A DNA stretch of 64,000 bases from Candidatus Binatia bacterium (GCA_963664395.2 OY761159.2:4751369-4815368), one strand, 5' to 3'. Shown: positions 10,860-20,539, numbered from the stretch's first letter. The notes: generated by a model not told the origin, from the letters alone. A program made the numbers and translations.

Positions 10860-11630
10860 CTATCGTCCAATGTAGACAGGGTCGCGTTTCTCACGAAACG
10901 CGCGAATACCTTCTTTCACATCCTCGGACTGGAGCAGTTTTCGCTGCGCTGCCATTTCAGCGGTCAGCACGTCTCCCAGGCCGGCTCCCAAAGCAGCATG
11001 TATGGACGATTTGATCGCCGCGAGTGCCAGGGGAGCATTCTTTGCTAAACGCGTGGCATATTCCGAGACCTGCTCTCGAAAATTGTTTCCCGTGAGAATG
11101 CGGTTTACCAATCCCATATTGGCCGCTTCCGCCGCATCGACCATATCTCCGCTGAGGGCTATCTCCATGCCGCGCAGGCCGACCAGACGAGGGAGGAAAT
11201 AGCTTGCACCACCGTCAATCGTCAGTCCACGTTTCACAAAAATCAGGGAAAAACGCGCAGACGGCGAAGCCAAACGGATATCAGAAGCCAACGCCAATGA
11301 GCAGCCGTATCCGGTGGCAACCCCGTCAACTGCTGCAATCACAGGTTTGGGCAGATTCCAGATCGTACGAATCACTGCGTTAAAGCCGTCCTCGGTCAGT
11401 TCTTCCCCGGGAGTTGTCGGACGTGAGGGAGCAGCCAGTAAATCCGCGCCGGATGAAAAGGCACCGCCGGCCCCAGTCAACACAACGAGGCGGGTATCAT
11501 CCCCTGCGCTTTCGGCCAACGCGGCCTTCAGGGCATAGATGGTATCCCGGTCAAGCGCGTTCCGACGCTCGGGCCGATTGATCGTGAGCCAGCGGACTTG
11601 GTGGTATTCTTCGTTCAAGACAACATCCAT
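10860..11630 (-). CDS. Enoyl-CoA hydratase/isomerase family protein
   Basis: INRPERRNAL, FSSGADL, KPVIAAVDGVATGYG, AFREKRDP. Confidence 0.9.
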   Translation of the reverse strand: MDVVLNEEYHQVRWLTINRPERRNALDRDTIYALKAALAESAGDDTRLVVLTGAGGAFSSGADLLAAPSRPTTPGEELTEDGFNAVIRTIWNLPKPVIAAVDGVATGYGCSLALASDIRLASPSARFSLIFVKRGLTIDGGASYFLPRLVGLRGMEIALSGDMVDAAEAANMGLVNRILTGNNFREQVSEYATRLAKNAPLALAAIKSSIHAALGAGLGDVLTAEMAAQRKLLQSEDVKEGIRAFREKRDPVYIGR

Positions 11631-12315
11631 TGTCTACAACCTCCAGGCGTGCCTCAAAAATTGAGGCCACATTCTCGATAACAGCCTGCTCTACAGTGGG
11701 AAAAGCTATAGGTAGACTGCACTCCTGTTTTAAGCTGGTCACTCCCCTATCGGCAAGGCCACAGGGTACGATGTCTGTAAACGGCTGCAAATCAAGATCA
11801 ACATTGAGCGCGAATCCATGAAAAGAGACACGGCGGCGGACAGCAATGCCGACCGCACCAATTTTTTTCTCGCCAACCCACACTCCAGGATATCCGGCCT
11901 GGCGGCTCGTTTGGACTCCAAAGTGGAGACATATCTGTCGCATGACCTCTTCAAGCTGCGTAATAAAACGTCGTATCCCATATTTATGTAACAAGGAAGA
12001 AAAGACCGGATACGCAACAAGCTGACCTGGCGCGTGATAGGTCGCGCCCCCGCCCCGGTCTGTATACTCTACGCTCAAACCTTTCTCGCGGAGCTGCGCG
12101 GCTGAAAGCTTTACCTGCTCACAAGGCCGGCGGTAACCGAGTGTGATCACGGGCTGATGCTGAGTCAGCAAGAGAACGTTTGTCCACTGGGCAACACACC
12201 ACGCGTGCCAGCGTCGTTGCACTTGAAGTGCCTGGGAATATGTGGTCAGGCCCAGATTCACGCACTGAACGTTCATACGCCTCGTATCGAATCGGCCACT
12301 GTTACGATCATTCAC
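11551..12315 (-). CDS. lipB: Octanoyltransferase LipB
   Basis: HQPVITLG, DRGGGATYHAPGQLVAYP, KIGAVG, HGFALNV, IVPCG. Confidence 0.92.
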   Translation of the reverse strand: MNDRNSGRFDTRRMNVQCVNLGLTTYSQALQVQRRWHAWCVAQWTNVLLLTQHQPVITLGYRRPCEQVKLSAAQLREKGLSVEYTDRGGGATYHAPGQLVAYPVFSSLLHKYGIRRFITQLEEVMRQICLHFGVQTSRQAGYPGVWVGEKKIGAVGIAVRRRVSFHGFALNVDLDLQPFTDIVPCGLADRGVTSLKQECSLPIAFPTVEQAVIENVASIFEARLEVVDNGCCLERRIPPSPLAHDQSARASERA

Positions 12316-12464
12316 GCGCGTTAGCTCTCTTTATCTCTTGCTTTATCTCTTCAGAAGACACCGTTAGGGGAAGTGCGCCCTGCGGCCATCTCCTTCACTT
12401 GCGCCGTCCTTACGCAGTCTTGACCCTATGTTCCTCAGGTGGTAGCGCAGGAATTGAATTCGAT

Positions 12465-12815
12465 ATGCTTACTGTCTCCTCGTTGTTTCGAAATACGCTT
12501 TTCGTTGCGGGCATTGTCCTGGTCGCTCTCGGCATAGGCAACACTATTGTTGCACACTTCAAAGTACGGGAGTACCAGAGCGCCCTGGCCCGTACACCCC
12601 CTCCGGTTGCGGCCGAGCAAACGTTCGGGCAAAACACCCGGCTGCACCACTTCTCGAGTGAAGCCTGGAGCCGACACGCCCTCAACCAAGCCAAACTTGA
12701 CTTCTACCACCTGCTGCACAACGTCGGTTGGCTCATGCTGTGTATCGGCCTGCTGTGTACGATTATGGCGGTTCATCGCCAGCGCTATCGGCAGCCCCGC
12801 TGGATGTCGCCCTAG
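12465..12815 (+). CDS. Hypothetical two-TM membrane protein
   Basis: From ATG 12465 (MLTVSSLFRN...): two hydrophobic segments flanking a soluble loop. Confidence 0.6.
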   Translation: MLTVSSLFRNTLFVAGIVLVALGIGNTIVAHFKVREYQSALARTPPPVAAEQTFGQNTRLHHFSSEAWSRHALNQAKLDFYHLLHNVGWLMLCIGLLCTIMAVHRQRYRQPRWMSP

Positions 12816-12957
12816 ACCCGGCATCCACCCTTTTTTGTCCGCCTCCGCGTGAAGCGGCAAGAGTCCCATGATAGCCCGCTGATAGCCCGCCCCGGACCCG
12901 TTTGAACCGCCCCGCTCCCAATATCACGAAAAAGTGAGATTGTAGCGATTACCCATG

Positions 12958-12986
12958 TTGACATTCCCCCCCCGCTCTACTAGTGT
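12958..12986 (+). promoter_or_regulatory. Sigma70-type promoter of the cof operon with a C8 tract in the spacer
   Basis: TTGACA-17 nt (ttccccccccgctctac)-TAGTGT. Confidence 0.55.
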
Positions 12987-13017
12987 CGCAAAGGCATTTC
13001 AGCATGGGGGATATCGG

Positions 13018-14172
13018 GTGCAATCTCACATTTCGGTGATATTAGACAAAGCGCTTTCAGATGTCGCTTTGTCCGCTGAGGACGGATACCAACTCATCAG
13101 CTGCTCAGAGGAGGACTTTCCGGCCCTCCTGGAGGCGGCGGGGACCTTACGCGACCGCCACAAAGGCCGGACGGTGACCTATTCCCGGAAAGTCTTCCTG
13201 CCCGTCACCAATCTGTGTCGGGACCGCTGCTCGTACTGTACCTTTCGGAAGGACCCGCGCGACCCGGACGCCTGGACCATGAGCCCGGAGGACCTTCAGA
13301 GCTGGTTGGAGCGTGCCCAAAAACAGGGCTGTAAAGAGGCCCTCATGTGCTTGGGCGATAAGCCCGAGAACGCCTTTTCGAGCTATCGGGAAACCCTGGC
13401 TCGCTTTGGCCACACCACGACAACAGCCTACGTCTATCAGGCGTGTGAAATCGCGCTGTCCTACGGCATCCTGCCCCACACCAATGCCGGCGTGCTGAGC
13501 TATGACGAAATGAAGTCGCTCAAAGACGTCAACGTCAGTCTCGGACTCATGTTGGAAAACATCAGCCCACGGCTGTGTGAGCGCGGCATGGCGCACTTTT
13601 CCGCGCCCGACAAACGGCCCGAAGTCCGAGTAAAAATGATCCGTGAGGCCGGAGAACTGGAGATTCCTTTTACTACGGGCATTCTGATTGGTATCGGGGA
13701 AACGCGCGAAGAAGTTGTTGACAGTTTGCTTGCGATTCGTGACCTGCACGAGGAATACGGTCATATTCAAGAAGTGATTGTTCAGAATTTTCGTGCCAAG
13801 CCGAATACCGGAATGGCCGATGCGCCTGAGCCGGAAAGTTATGAAATGGCCCGAACGGTTGCCGTTGCGCGGCTGCTCTTGGGCGGACCCATGAATGTGC
13901 AGGCTCCCCCCAATCTCAGTCCGCATGACCACCGACTGCTGTTGCGTGCGGGGATTAACGACTGGGGCGGTATTTCGCCGGTTTCGATCGATTATGTCAA
14001 TCCAGAGGCGGCCTGGCCGCATCTCAATTTATTAGCAAAGACGTGTACTGAAGCAGGCTTTACCCTACGAGAGCGTTTGGCTATTTACGAAGAGTATATA
14101 GACCGACCAGGCTTCCTCTTGCCGGCGTTACAGCCGCGTACCCGCGAGTTGCAAGCCGCAGTGACGGCCTGA
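13018..14172 (+). CDS. cofG: FO synthase subunit CofG (radical SAM)
   Basis: TYSRKVFLPVTNLCRDRCSYCTF, PHTNAG, PFTTGILIGIGE, QEVIVQNF, QAPPNL, DWGGISPV; GTG start at 13018 chosen downstream of the promoter. Confidence 0.93.
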   Translation: MQSHISVILDKALSDVALSAEDGYQLISCSEEDFPALLEAAGTLRDRHKGRTVTYSRKVFLPVTNLCRDRCSYCTFRKDPRDPDAWTMSPEDLQSWLERAQKQGCKEALMCLGDKPENAFSSYRETLARFGHTTTTAYVYQACEIALSYGILPHTNAGVLSYDEMKSLKDVNVSLGLMLENISPRLCERGMAHFSAPDKRPEVRVKMIREAGELEIPFTTGILIGIGETREEVVDSLLAIRDLHEEYGHIQEVIVQNFRAKPNTGMADAPEPESYEMARTVAVARLLLGGPMNVQAPPNLSPHDHRLLLRAGINDWGGISPVSIDYVNPEAAWPHLNLLAKTCTEAGFTLRERLAIYEEYIDRPGFLLPALQPRTRELQAAVTA

Positions 14173-14231
14173 TTTTCGCATCCGAGAGTACAAAGAAAAG
14201 CTCAAATCTTCGAGCGTAAGGAGACCCAGCC

Positions 14232-15518
14232 GTGGCAACCCATAACATTGCCGGCATCCTTGACCACATTGACCCGCAGATTAGCACCATCCTGCATCGG
14301 GCCTTGGAAGGTGAAGAGATCTCTTGGCAAGACGGCCTCCAGGTATGCCAGACCAGTGGCATTAATTTTCACGCAGTTTGTCTGGTCGCCGACGAAATGC
14401 GGCGCCGCCAAGTCGGTGAGGTGGTGACCTATGTTGTCAACCGCAATATCAACTTCACCAATGTGTGTATTAAGCACTGCACGTTCTGCGCCTTCAGCCG
14501 GGAGTATCGTGAGGAAGAAGGCTATTTCCTGCCCGAGGAGGAGATCATTCGGCGGGCCCAAGAGGCAGTTGACATGGGCGCAACCGAGGTCTGCATGCAA
14601 GCCGGCCTGCCGCCCAAGATGAACGGCAGCCTCTATATCGACCTGACCCGAGCCGTGAAGAAAGCATTTCCGGACCTCCATATCCACGCGTTTTCGCCCG
14701 AAGAAGTATTGTATGGATCGCTTCGTTCAGGGGTCTCTATTCTCGAGTATATACGGGAACTCAAAAACGCCGGTCTAGACACCCTGCCCGGCACTTCAGC
14801 GGAAATTCTGGATCAGGAAATCCGCGATATCATAGCTCCAGGGCGCATTTCGACCAAACAATGGATCGAGGTCATGACCTCGGCCCATAGTCTCGGTATC
14901 CCGACCACATCAACCATTATGTATGGCCATATCGAGACGCCCGAACATTGGGTCAAACATATGAACCTGTTGCGGGATATTCAAAAGGAGACCGGCGGGT
15001 TTACCGAATTTGTGCCGCTGTCGCTCATCCACCAGGAAGCGCCTATGTATCAACGCAAACTCGTCAAAGGGGTCCGCGAGGGAGCAACCGGCGCGGAGGT
15101 CATTAAGATGCATGCGGTTGCCCGGCTGATGCTGGGCCCCACCTTCCGCAATATTCAGTCCTCCTGGGTCAAAGAGGGCCCCAAGATGTCGCAATATTTG
15201 CTGACAGTGGGAGCGAATGACCTGGGTGGAACGCTCATCAACGAGAGTATTTCGACCTCAGCCGGTGCGCAGTACGGCCAGCTCGTTCCACCCAAAGAGT
15301 TGCGGCGCTTGATCCGCGACGTTGGCCGCACCCCGGCCGAACGTTCTACGACCTATAAGCTGCGGACGGTCTTTAACGGGACTGACGACAAATTAAGTCC
15401 CTTAGATATGGTTGAGAATGCAGATGAGCAATTCGGCTCCTACCGGAAGCTCGCCGCCTCAGACCAGTTCCGTTACGTTCATCCATTCGAGCGGGACAAG
15501 CAAGAAACCGCCCACTAA
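14232..15518 (+). CDS. cofH: FO synthase subunit CofH (radical SAM)
   Basis: TYVVNRNINFTNVCIKHCTFCAF, PGTSAEIL, TIMYGH, FTEFVPL, NDLGGTLINESIS; lies between cofG and cofD. Confidence 0.93.
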   Translation: MATHNIAGILDHIDPQISTILHRALEGEEISWQDGLQVCQTSGINFHAVCLVADEMRRRQVGEVVTYVVNRNINFTNVCIKHCTFCAFSREYREEEGYFLPEEEIIRRAQEAVDMGATEVCMQAGLPPKMNGSLYIDLTRAVKKAFPDLHIHAFSPEEVLYGSLRSGVSILEYIRELKNAGLDTLPGTSAEILDQEIRDIIAPGRISTKQWIEVMTSAHSLGIPTTSTIMYGHIETPEHWVKHMNLLRDIQKETGGFTEFVPLSLIHQEAPMYQRKLVKGVREGATGAEVIKMHAVARLMLGPTFRNIQSSWVKEGPKMSQYLLTVGANDLGGTLINESISTSAGAQYGQLVPPKELRRLIRDVGRTPAERSTTYKLRTVFNGTDDKLSPLDMVENADEQFGSYRKLAASDQFRYVHPFERDKQETAH

Positions 15519-15533
15519 TCTGGAGGCGGAGGA

Positions 15534-16535
15534 GTGCCCTCCGCCCGTTCGACCGTGTCTACAGCCAACTCCTTACGCCTCACCGCCTTAGCCGGCGGTG
15601 TGGGAGCCGCGCGATTCCTGCGTGGGGTCGTCCGTATTATCCCGCCGGCAAACCTGAGCGTTATCGTGAATACAGGCGATGACGAAGAATTCTTCGGCCT
15701 CTCAGTTTCTCCTGACCTGGACACGGTGACCTATACCTTAGCCAATGCCGTTGAGCCTGAAAAAGGCTGGGGCTTACCCCAGGAGACCTATCGCTGCCTT
15801 GAGGCACTCGGGCGCTATTATTCCGACACCTGGTTTGGCTTAGGCGATGCTGACCTCGCAACCCACCTGTTTCGTACCCAAGAGCTGCGCCAGGGGAGGA
15901 CACTCAGCCAGGTGACCGCCGAGATTGCTCTGAAGTGGGGCGTTGAAGCAACCCTGCTTCCCATGAGTAATGAGCGCGTTCGGACCATTGTTCATACTGA
16001 GGCCGGCGCCCTGCCCTTTCAAGAATATTTCGTGAAACAGCGCAGTGAGGGGCAGGTCTCGAAAGTTGAATTCAGCGGCATTGAAACGTCCCATGCCGCG
16101 CCCGGCGTCGTCGAGGCCATTCACAGCGCCGATCTGGTTATTCTCCCGCCGAGCAATCCGATTGTCAGCATCGGGCCAATTATTTCCCTACCGGGCGTGC
16201 GCCAGGCCCTTCAAGAAACCGCAGCCCCCGTGGCAGCCATCAGCCCCTTAGTCGCCGGGAAGCCCATCAAAGGACCGGCCGATCGTATGCTTGCCGGCCT
16301 GGGGATCGAAGTCTCGTCTGTTGGGATCGCCGAGCTGTATCAGGATTTTGTGGATACCTTTGTGCTCGATCAGCAAGATATGCAGCACGACCCAGCACCA
16401 CGCGAACGCCTGGAAAAAATGGGGCTGGCTGTTATTGTCACCGATACCGTCATGAGTGATATGGACAAGTCGGTTGCGCTGGCACGAACGGTTATTGAGT
16501 TTGCCCATCAGAAACGCCCCACAGCGGTGACATAA
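15534..16535 (+). CDS. cofD: 2-phospho-L-lactate transferase CofD/FbiA
   Basis: LAGGVGAARF, VNTGDD, SPDLDT, WFGLGDADLATH, FQEYFV, PSNPIVSIGPI, KGPA. Confidence 0.95.
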   Translation: MPSARSTVSTANSLRLTALAGGVGAARFLRGVVRIIPPANLSVIVNTGDDEEFFGLSVSPDLDTVTYTLANAVEPEKGWGLPQETYRCLEALGRYYSDTWFGLGDADLATHLFRTQELRQGRTLSQVTAEIALKWGVEATLLPMSNERVRTIVHTEAGALPFQEYFVKQRSEGQVSKVEFSGIETSHAAPGVVEAIHSADLVILPPSNPIVSIGPIISLPGVRQALQETAAPVAAISPLVAGKPIKGPADRMLAGLGIEVSSVGIAELYQDFVDTFVLDQQDMQHDPAPRERLEKMGLAVIVTDTVMSDMDKSVALARTVIEFAHQKRPTAVT

Positions 16536-16568
16536 AGTCACGCTCACACAGATGTTTGAGGACCTCGC

Positions 16569-17321
16569 ATGAGTACGATTGCCATTATCCCCATTCCCGG
16601 CGTTCCTCAGATCAAGCCTGGCGATGACCTGCCCGCCATCTTGCTCAAAGCCATTGATGACGCCAAAGTCGGCCTCAAAGACGGAGACATTTTGGTCATG
16701 TGCCAGAAGATCGTCTCCAAAGCCGAAGGCGCTGTCATTGACCTCAAGACAGTCACCCCCTCGCCGTTTGCCACACAAATTGCGGACATGTGGGAGAAAG
16801 ACCCGCGCATGGTCGAGGTTGTGCTGACTGAGAGTAGTCGGATTGTCCGCATGAAAAACGGCGTGGTCATCACCGAGAGCAAACACGGCTGGGTGTGCGC
16901 CAACTCCGGCGTTGACGCCTCCAACACCATTGCCGACGACGTCGTCATTCTCCTGCCGAAAGACCCGGACGCTTCAGCCCGGAATATTCGCCTGGCAATT
17001 GAGCAGCAGCGACACATCTCTATTGGCGTCATTATTACCGATACGTTTGGCCGGCCGTGGCGCGATGGCTTGGTCGAATTCGCCCTCGGCGTTTCAGGTC
17101 TTGACCCGCTCGACGATCAACGCGGCGAGGAAGACCTCCAGGGTCGCGAACTGCATCATACGGTCATTGCCGTGGCTGACGAACTCGCCGCGGCTGCCGG
17201 CCTGCTGATGGAAAAGAGCGCCGCCATGCCGGCCGTTCTGATACGTGGCTATCAATTCAAACCAGCCGATGTCGGTAGCGAGTCCCTCAAACGCCCGGCA
17301 GACACGGATTTGTTTCGGTAG
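16569..17321 (+). CDS. cofE: Coenzyme F420-0:L-glutamate ligase CofE (single-domain form)
   Basis: PGDDL, QKIVSKAEG, CANSGVDASN, DPDASA, DTFGRPWR, ADELAAAA, DLFR. Confidence 0.95.
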   Translation: MSTIAIIPIPGVPQIKPGDDLPAILLKAIDDAKVGLKDGDILVMCQKIVSKAEGAVIDLKTVTPSPFATQIADMWEKDPRMVEVVLTESSRIVRMKNGVVITESKHGWVCANSGVDASNTIADDVVILLPKDPDASARNIRLAIEQQRHISIGVIITDTFGRPWRDGLVEFALGVSGLDPLDDQRGEEDLQGRELHHTVIAVADELAAAAGLLMEKSAAMPAVLIRGYQFKPADVGSESLKRPADTDLFR

Positions 17322-17360
17322 AGTGCTTCACGCCAGGCTGTAGCCATGCTGTTCCGCTCT

Positions 17361-17389
17361 CGTCATGCCGGACGTTATCCGGCATCCAG
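17361..17389. repeat. CGTC-type REP-like palindrome
   Basis: cgtcatgccggacgttatccggcatccag: CGTC head plus ATGCCGGA/TCCGGCAT stem; sits at the left edge of the accessory block. Confidence 0.6.
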
Positions 17390-17450
17390 AGACTGACGGC
17401 AGCTCTCCCCAGATTGTTCTTGCACGGACGGAAAGAAGAGGTGCTGGCGC

Positions 17451-19880
17451 ATGGCCCTGAAGAAGTCCCAACTCTACTCCTCACTCTGGCAGAGCTGCGA
17501 CGAGCTGCGCGGCGGCATGGATGCCTCGCAGTACAAGGACTACATCCTGACGCTGCTGTTCATGAAGTATGTATCGGACAAGCCCGATACGCTTCTCGAC
17601 GTGCCCGCCGGGGGCAGTTTTGCCGACATGGTGCAACTCAAGGGCGACAAGGAGATTGGCGACAAGATCAACAAAATCATCGCCCGGCTCGCCGAGGCCA
17701 ACGACCTCAAGGGTGTCATTGACCAGGCCGACTTCAACGACGAGACCAAGCTTGGCAGCGGCAAGGAGATGCAGGACCGACTCTCCAAGCTGGTCGCCAT
17801 CTTCGCCGCGCTCGACTTCCGCGCCAACCGGGCCGAGGGCGACGACCTGCTGGGCGACGCCTACGAGTACCTGATGCGACACTTCGCCACCGAGTCCGGC
17901 AAGAGCAAGGGGCAGTTCTACACCCCGGCCGAGGTCTCGCGCATCATGGCGCAGGTGGTCGGCATCAGCGCCGACACCCGCCCGGACCAGACGATCTACG
18001 ACCCCACCTGTGGTTCGGGCTCGCTGCTGCTCAAGGCCGCTGACGAGGCGCCGCACGGTATCAGCGTCTACGGCCAGGAGATGGACAACGCTACCTGGGC
18101 GCTGGCGCGAATGAATATGATCCTGCACAGCCACGAAACCGCCGAGGTATGGCAGGGCAACACCCTGGCTGCCCCCTATTTCACGAACGGCGCCGACAGC
18201 CTCAAGACCTTCGACTTCGCCGTCGCCAATCCCCACTTCTCAGCCAAAGCCTGGTCCAACGGGCTCGATCCGGCCAACGACACATACAAGCGTTTCGAGT
18301 ACGGCATTCCCCCGGCCAAGAATGGCGATTACGCCTTTCTGCTCCACCTCATCACGTCACTCAAGAGCACCGGCAAGGGCGCGATCATCCTGCCCCACGG
18401 CGTGCTGTTTCGCGGCAATAAGGAGGCCGATATCCGCCGGAAGCTCATACAGCGCGGCCTTATCAAGGGCATCATCGGCCTGCCCGCCAACCTTTTCTAC
18501 GGTACCGGCATCCCTGCCTGCATCTTGGTCATTGACAAGGAGCACGCCTCCACCCGTACCGGCATCTTCATGATCGACGCGAGCAAAGGCTTCCTCAAAG
18601 ACGGCAACAAAAACCGCCTGCGCGCTCAGGACATCCACCAGATCGTGGACGTGTTTACCAAGCAGACCGAAGTCCCTCGCTATTCCCGCATGGTGCCGAT
18701 AGACGAGATCGCCAGCCCCGCCAATGACTACAACCTCAACATCCCGCGCTATATTGACTCCAGCGAACCCGAGGACCTGCACGACCTCGACGCGCATCTG
18801 CACGGCGGCATCCCCAATCGCGACGTTGACGCGCTCGACGCCTACTGGTCTGTCTTTCCATCCCTGCGCCACGATCTCTTCGTAGACAACGGCCGAGCCG
18901 GTTACAGTGAAGCACGCTTCGAGACGCAACAGGTGAAAGCCGCCATTCTCGGCCACGACGAGTTCAAATCTTACGGGCAGCGGGTCGCGGCCATCTTCGA
19001 CACGTGGCGCGAGGCCCACGAACCCGCTCTCATAGGACTTGAGACAGGAGCCAATCCCAAGAACATCATTCGTACTCTGTCGGAAAACCTGCTGGCGCGC
19101 TTTACCGACCTGCCGTTACTCAACCGGTATGATGTGTACCAGCGGCTGATGGACTATTGGGACGAGGTGATGCAGGACGATGTGTATCTCATCGCTACGG
19201 ACGGTTGGACCGAAGCGGCCAAACCGCGCGGTATCATTGAGGACAAAGAAAAGAAAATCAAAGAGACCCCGGACCTGACCATCAAGCGCAAGAAGTACAA
19301 GATGGACCTGATTCCCCCGACCTTAGTTATTGCGCGTTACTTTGCCACGGAGCAGACAGCCCTCGAAGCGCTCCAGGCCGAGCAAGACTCCGCCACCCGT
19401 GAACTGGAGGAGTTCGTTGAGGAGCATGCCGGCGAGGACGGCCTGCTGGCGGACGCCACCAATGACAAAGGCAAGGTCACCAAGGCCAGTGTGAAGGATC
19501 GGCTCAAGACCATTCAGGACGCGCCGGAGAGCGACGAGGAACAGGAAGCCCTCACGCGCTGTCTTGCCCTGATTGAGGCCGAGGCCAACGCCGGCAAGAC
19601 GGTCAAAGATGCTCAGGAAGAGTTAGACCAGAAGGTGTTGGACCACTACGCTGCGCTCACCGAAACCGAGATTAAGACGCTGGTGGTCGAAGACAAGTGG
19701 TTCGCCAGCATCCGAGCCGCCCTTGAGAGCGAGGTGCAGCGATTGACTCAGCAACTCGCTGGCCGTGTGAAAGAGTTGGAAGAGCGCTACGCCAGCCCAC
19801 TACCGGAGTTGGAGCGGGAGGTGGAGGAGTTCGGCGCAAAAGTCGAAGGCCAGCTGAAGAAGATGGGGCTCTCACTATGA
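17451..19880 (+). CDS. hsdM: Type I restriction-modification methyltransferase subunit M (long form; motif IV reads NPHF)
   Basis: LWQSCDELRGGMD, GQFYTP, YDPTCGSGSLL, YGQE, HGVLFRG, YNLNIPRY. Confidence 0.96.
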   Translation: MALKKSQLYSSLWQSCDELRGGMDASQYKDYILTLLFMKYVSDKPDTLLDVPAGGSFADMVQLKGDKEIGDKINKIIARLAEANDLKGVIDQADFNDETKLGSGKEMQDRLSKLVAIFAALDFRANRAEGDDLLGDAYEYLMRHFATESGKSKGQFYTPAEVSRIMAQVVGISADTRPDQTIYDPTCGSGSLLLKAADEAPHGISVYGQEMDNATWALARMNMILHSHETAEVWQGNTLAAPYFTNGADSLKTFDFAVANPHFSAKAWSNGLDPANDTYKRFEYGIPPAKNGDYAFLLHLITSLKSTGKGAIILPHGVLFRGNKEADIRRKLIQRGLIKGIIGLPANLFYGTGIPACILVIDKEHASTRTGIFMIDASKGFLKDGNKNRLRAQDIHQIVDVFTKQTEVPRYSRMVPIDEIASPANDYNLNIPRYIDSSEPEDLHDLDAHLHGGIPNRDVDALDAYWSVFPSLRHDLFVDNGRAGYSEARFETQQVKAAILGHDEFKSYGQRVAAIFDTWREAHEPALIGLETGANPKNIIRTLSENLLARFTDLPLLNRYDVYQRLMDYWDEVMQDDVYLIATDGWTEAAKPRGIIEDKEKKIKETPDLTIKRKKYKMDLIPPTLVIARYFATEQTALEALQAEQDSATRELEEFVEEHAGEDGLLADATNDKGKVTKASVKDRLKTIQDAPESDEEQEALTRCLALIEAEANAGKTVKDAQEELDQKVLDHYAALTETEIKTLVVEDKWFASIRAALESEVQRLTQQLAGRVKELEERYASPLPELEREVEEFGAKVEGQLKKMGLSL

Positions 19881-19962
19881 GTCGAGAATCCGATTTCGAG
19901 CGTCTTGTCGAGCTGTGTTGGCTAACCCACAAGGGATACTACGCCTGCCCATCGAGGGGGTA

Positions 19963-20322
19963 GTGTTGAAGTTACCCAATGCACACCAGGCCCGCATAGA
20001 GAGGGCCAAGGTCATCAACTATCTGCTTTCAACAAGCCACCCCGACGGCCAGAGTAAGGCGGCCTTCTTCTCACGTTTCGGGTTTGAGGCGGGGCAATGG
20101 CAAAGTTTTGCTGAGGCACTGCGCGATCACGGAGCAAATAATGAAATCACCGAGATGACAGTGTCGAACTACGGGACACGCTACAGCGTCAATGGTATTA
20201 TCGAAACGCCCGATGGACGGAACCCCTATGTGAGGACGGTGTGGATTATTGACACAGCGGACAGCGAGCCACGGCTCGTCACCGCGTATCCGCTCAGGAG
20301 GGAGAATGCTCGAAGAACATGA
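19963..20322 (+). CDS. DUF6883-type protein (putative nuclease toxin)
   Basis: KLPNA..A.I...K...YLL...HPDG.SKA.FF...GF, YGTRY, TPDGR, TVWII, PRLVTAYP pattern. Confidence 0.75.
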   Translation: MLKLPNAHQARIERAKVINYLLSTSHPDGQSKAAFFSRFGFEAGQWQSFAEALRDHGANNEITEMTVSNYGTRYSVNGIIETPDGRNPYVRTVWIIDTADSEPRLVTAYPLRRENARRT

Positions 20323-20539
20323 CCGTGTCGTGCTCACGGATGATATTTCCGAGACGGACTTGAAGGCCGGAGATGTCGGAACGATTGTCCATGTCTATCC
20401 CAACGCAGAAGCTTTCGAGGTGGAATTCCTGGCTCTCGACGGCAACACCGCAGCGCTGGCCACGGTGTTGCCGTCCCAGGTGCGCCCGGTCGCCCACACG
20501 GACATCACCCATGCGAGAGAGATCAGGATAAACGGCTGA
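20306..20539 (+). CDS. DUF4926-type protein (putative immunity/antitoxin)
   Basis: EHDRVVLT.D....LKAGDVGTIVHVY....AFEVEF...DG.T pattern; RBS AGGAGGGAG; overlaps the DUF6883 gene. Confidence 0.8.
   Translation: MLEEHDRVVLTDDISETDLKAGDVGTIVHVYPNAEAFEVEFLALDGNTAALATVLPSQVRPVAHTDITHAREIRING

Noticed and set aside
11551-11630. 80-bp overlap of the lipB tail with the enoyl-CoA hydratase start
   Set aside because: Most simply stop-codon drift; no sign of programmed frameshifting.
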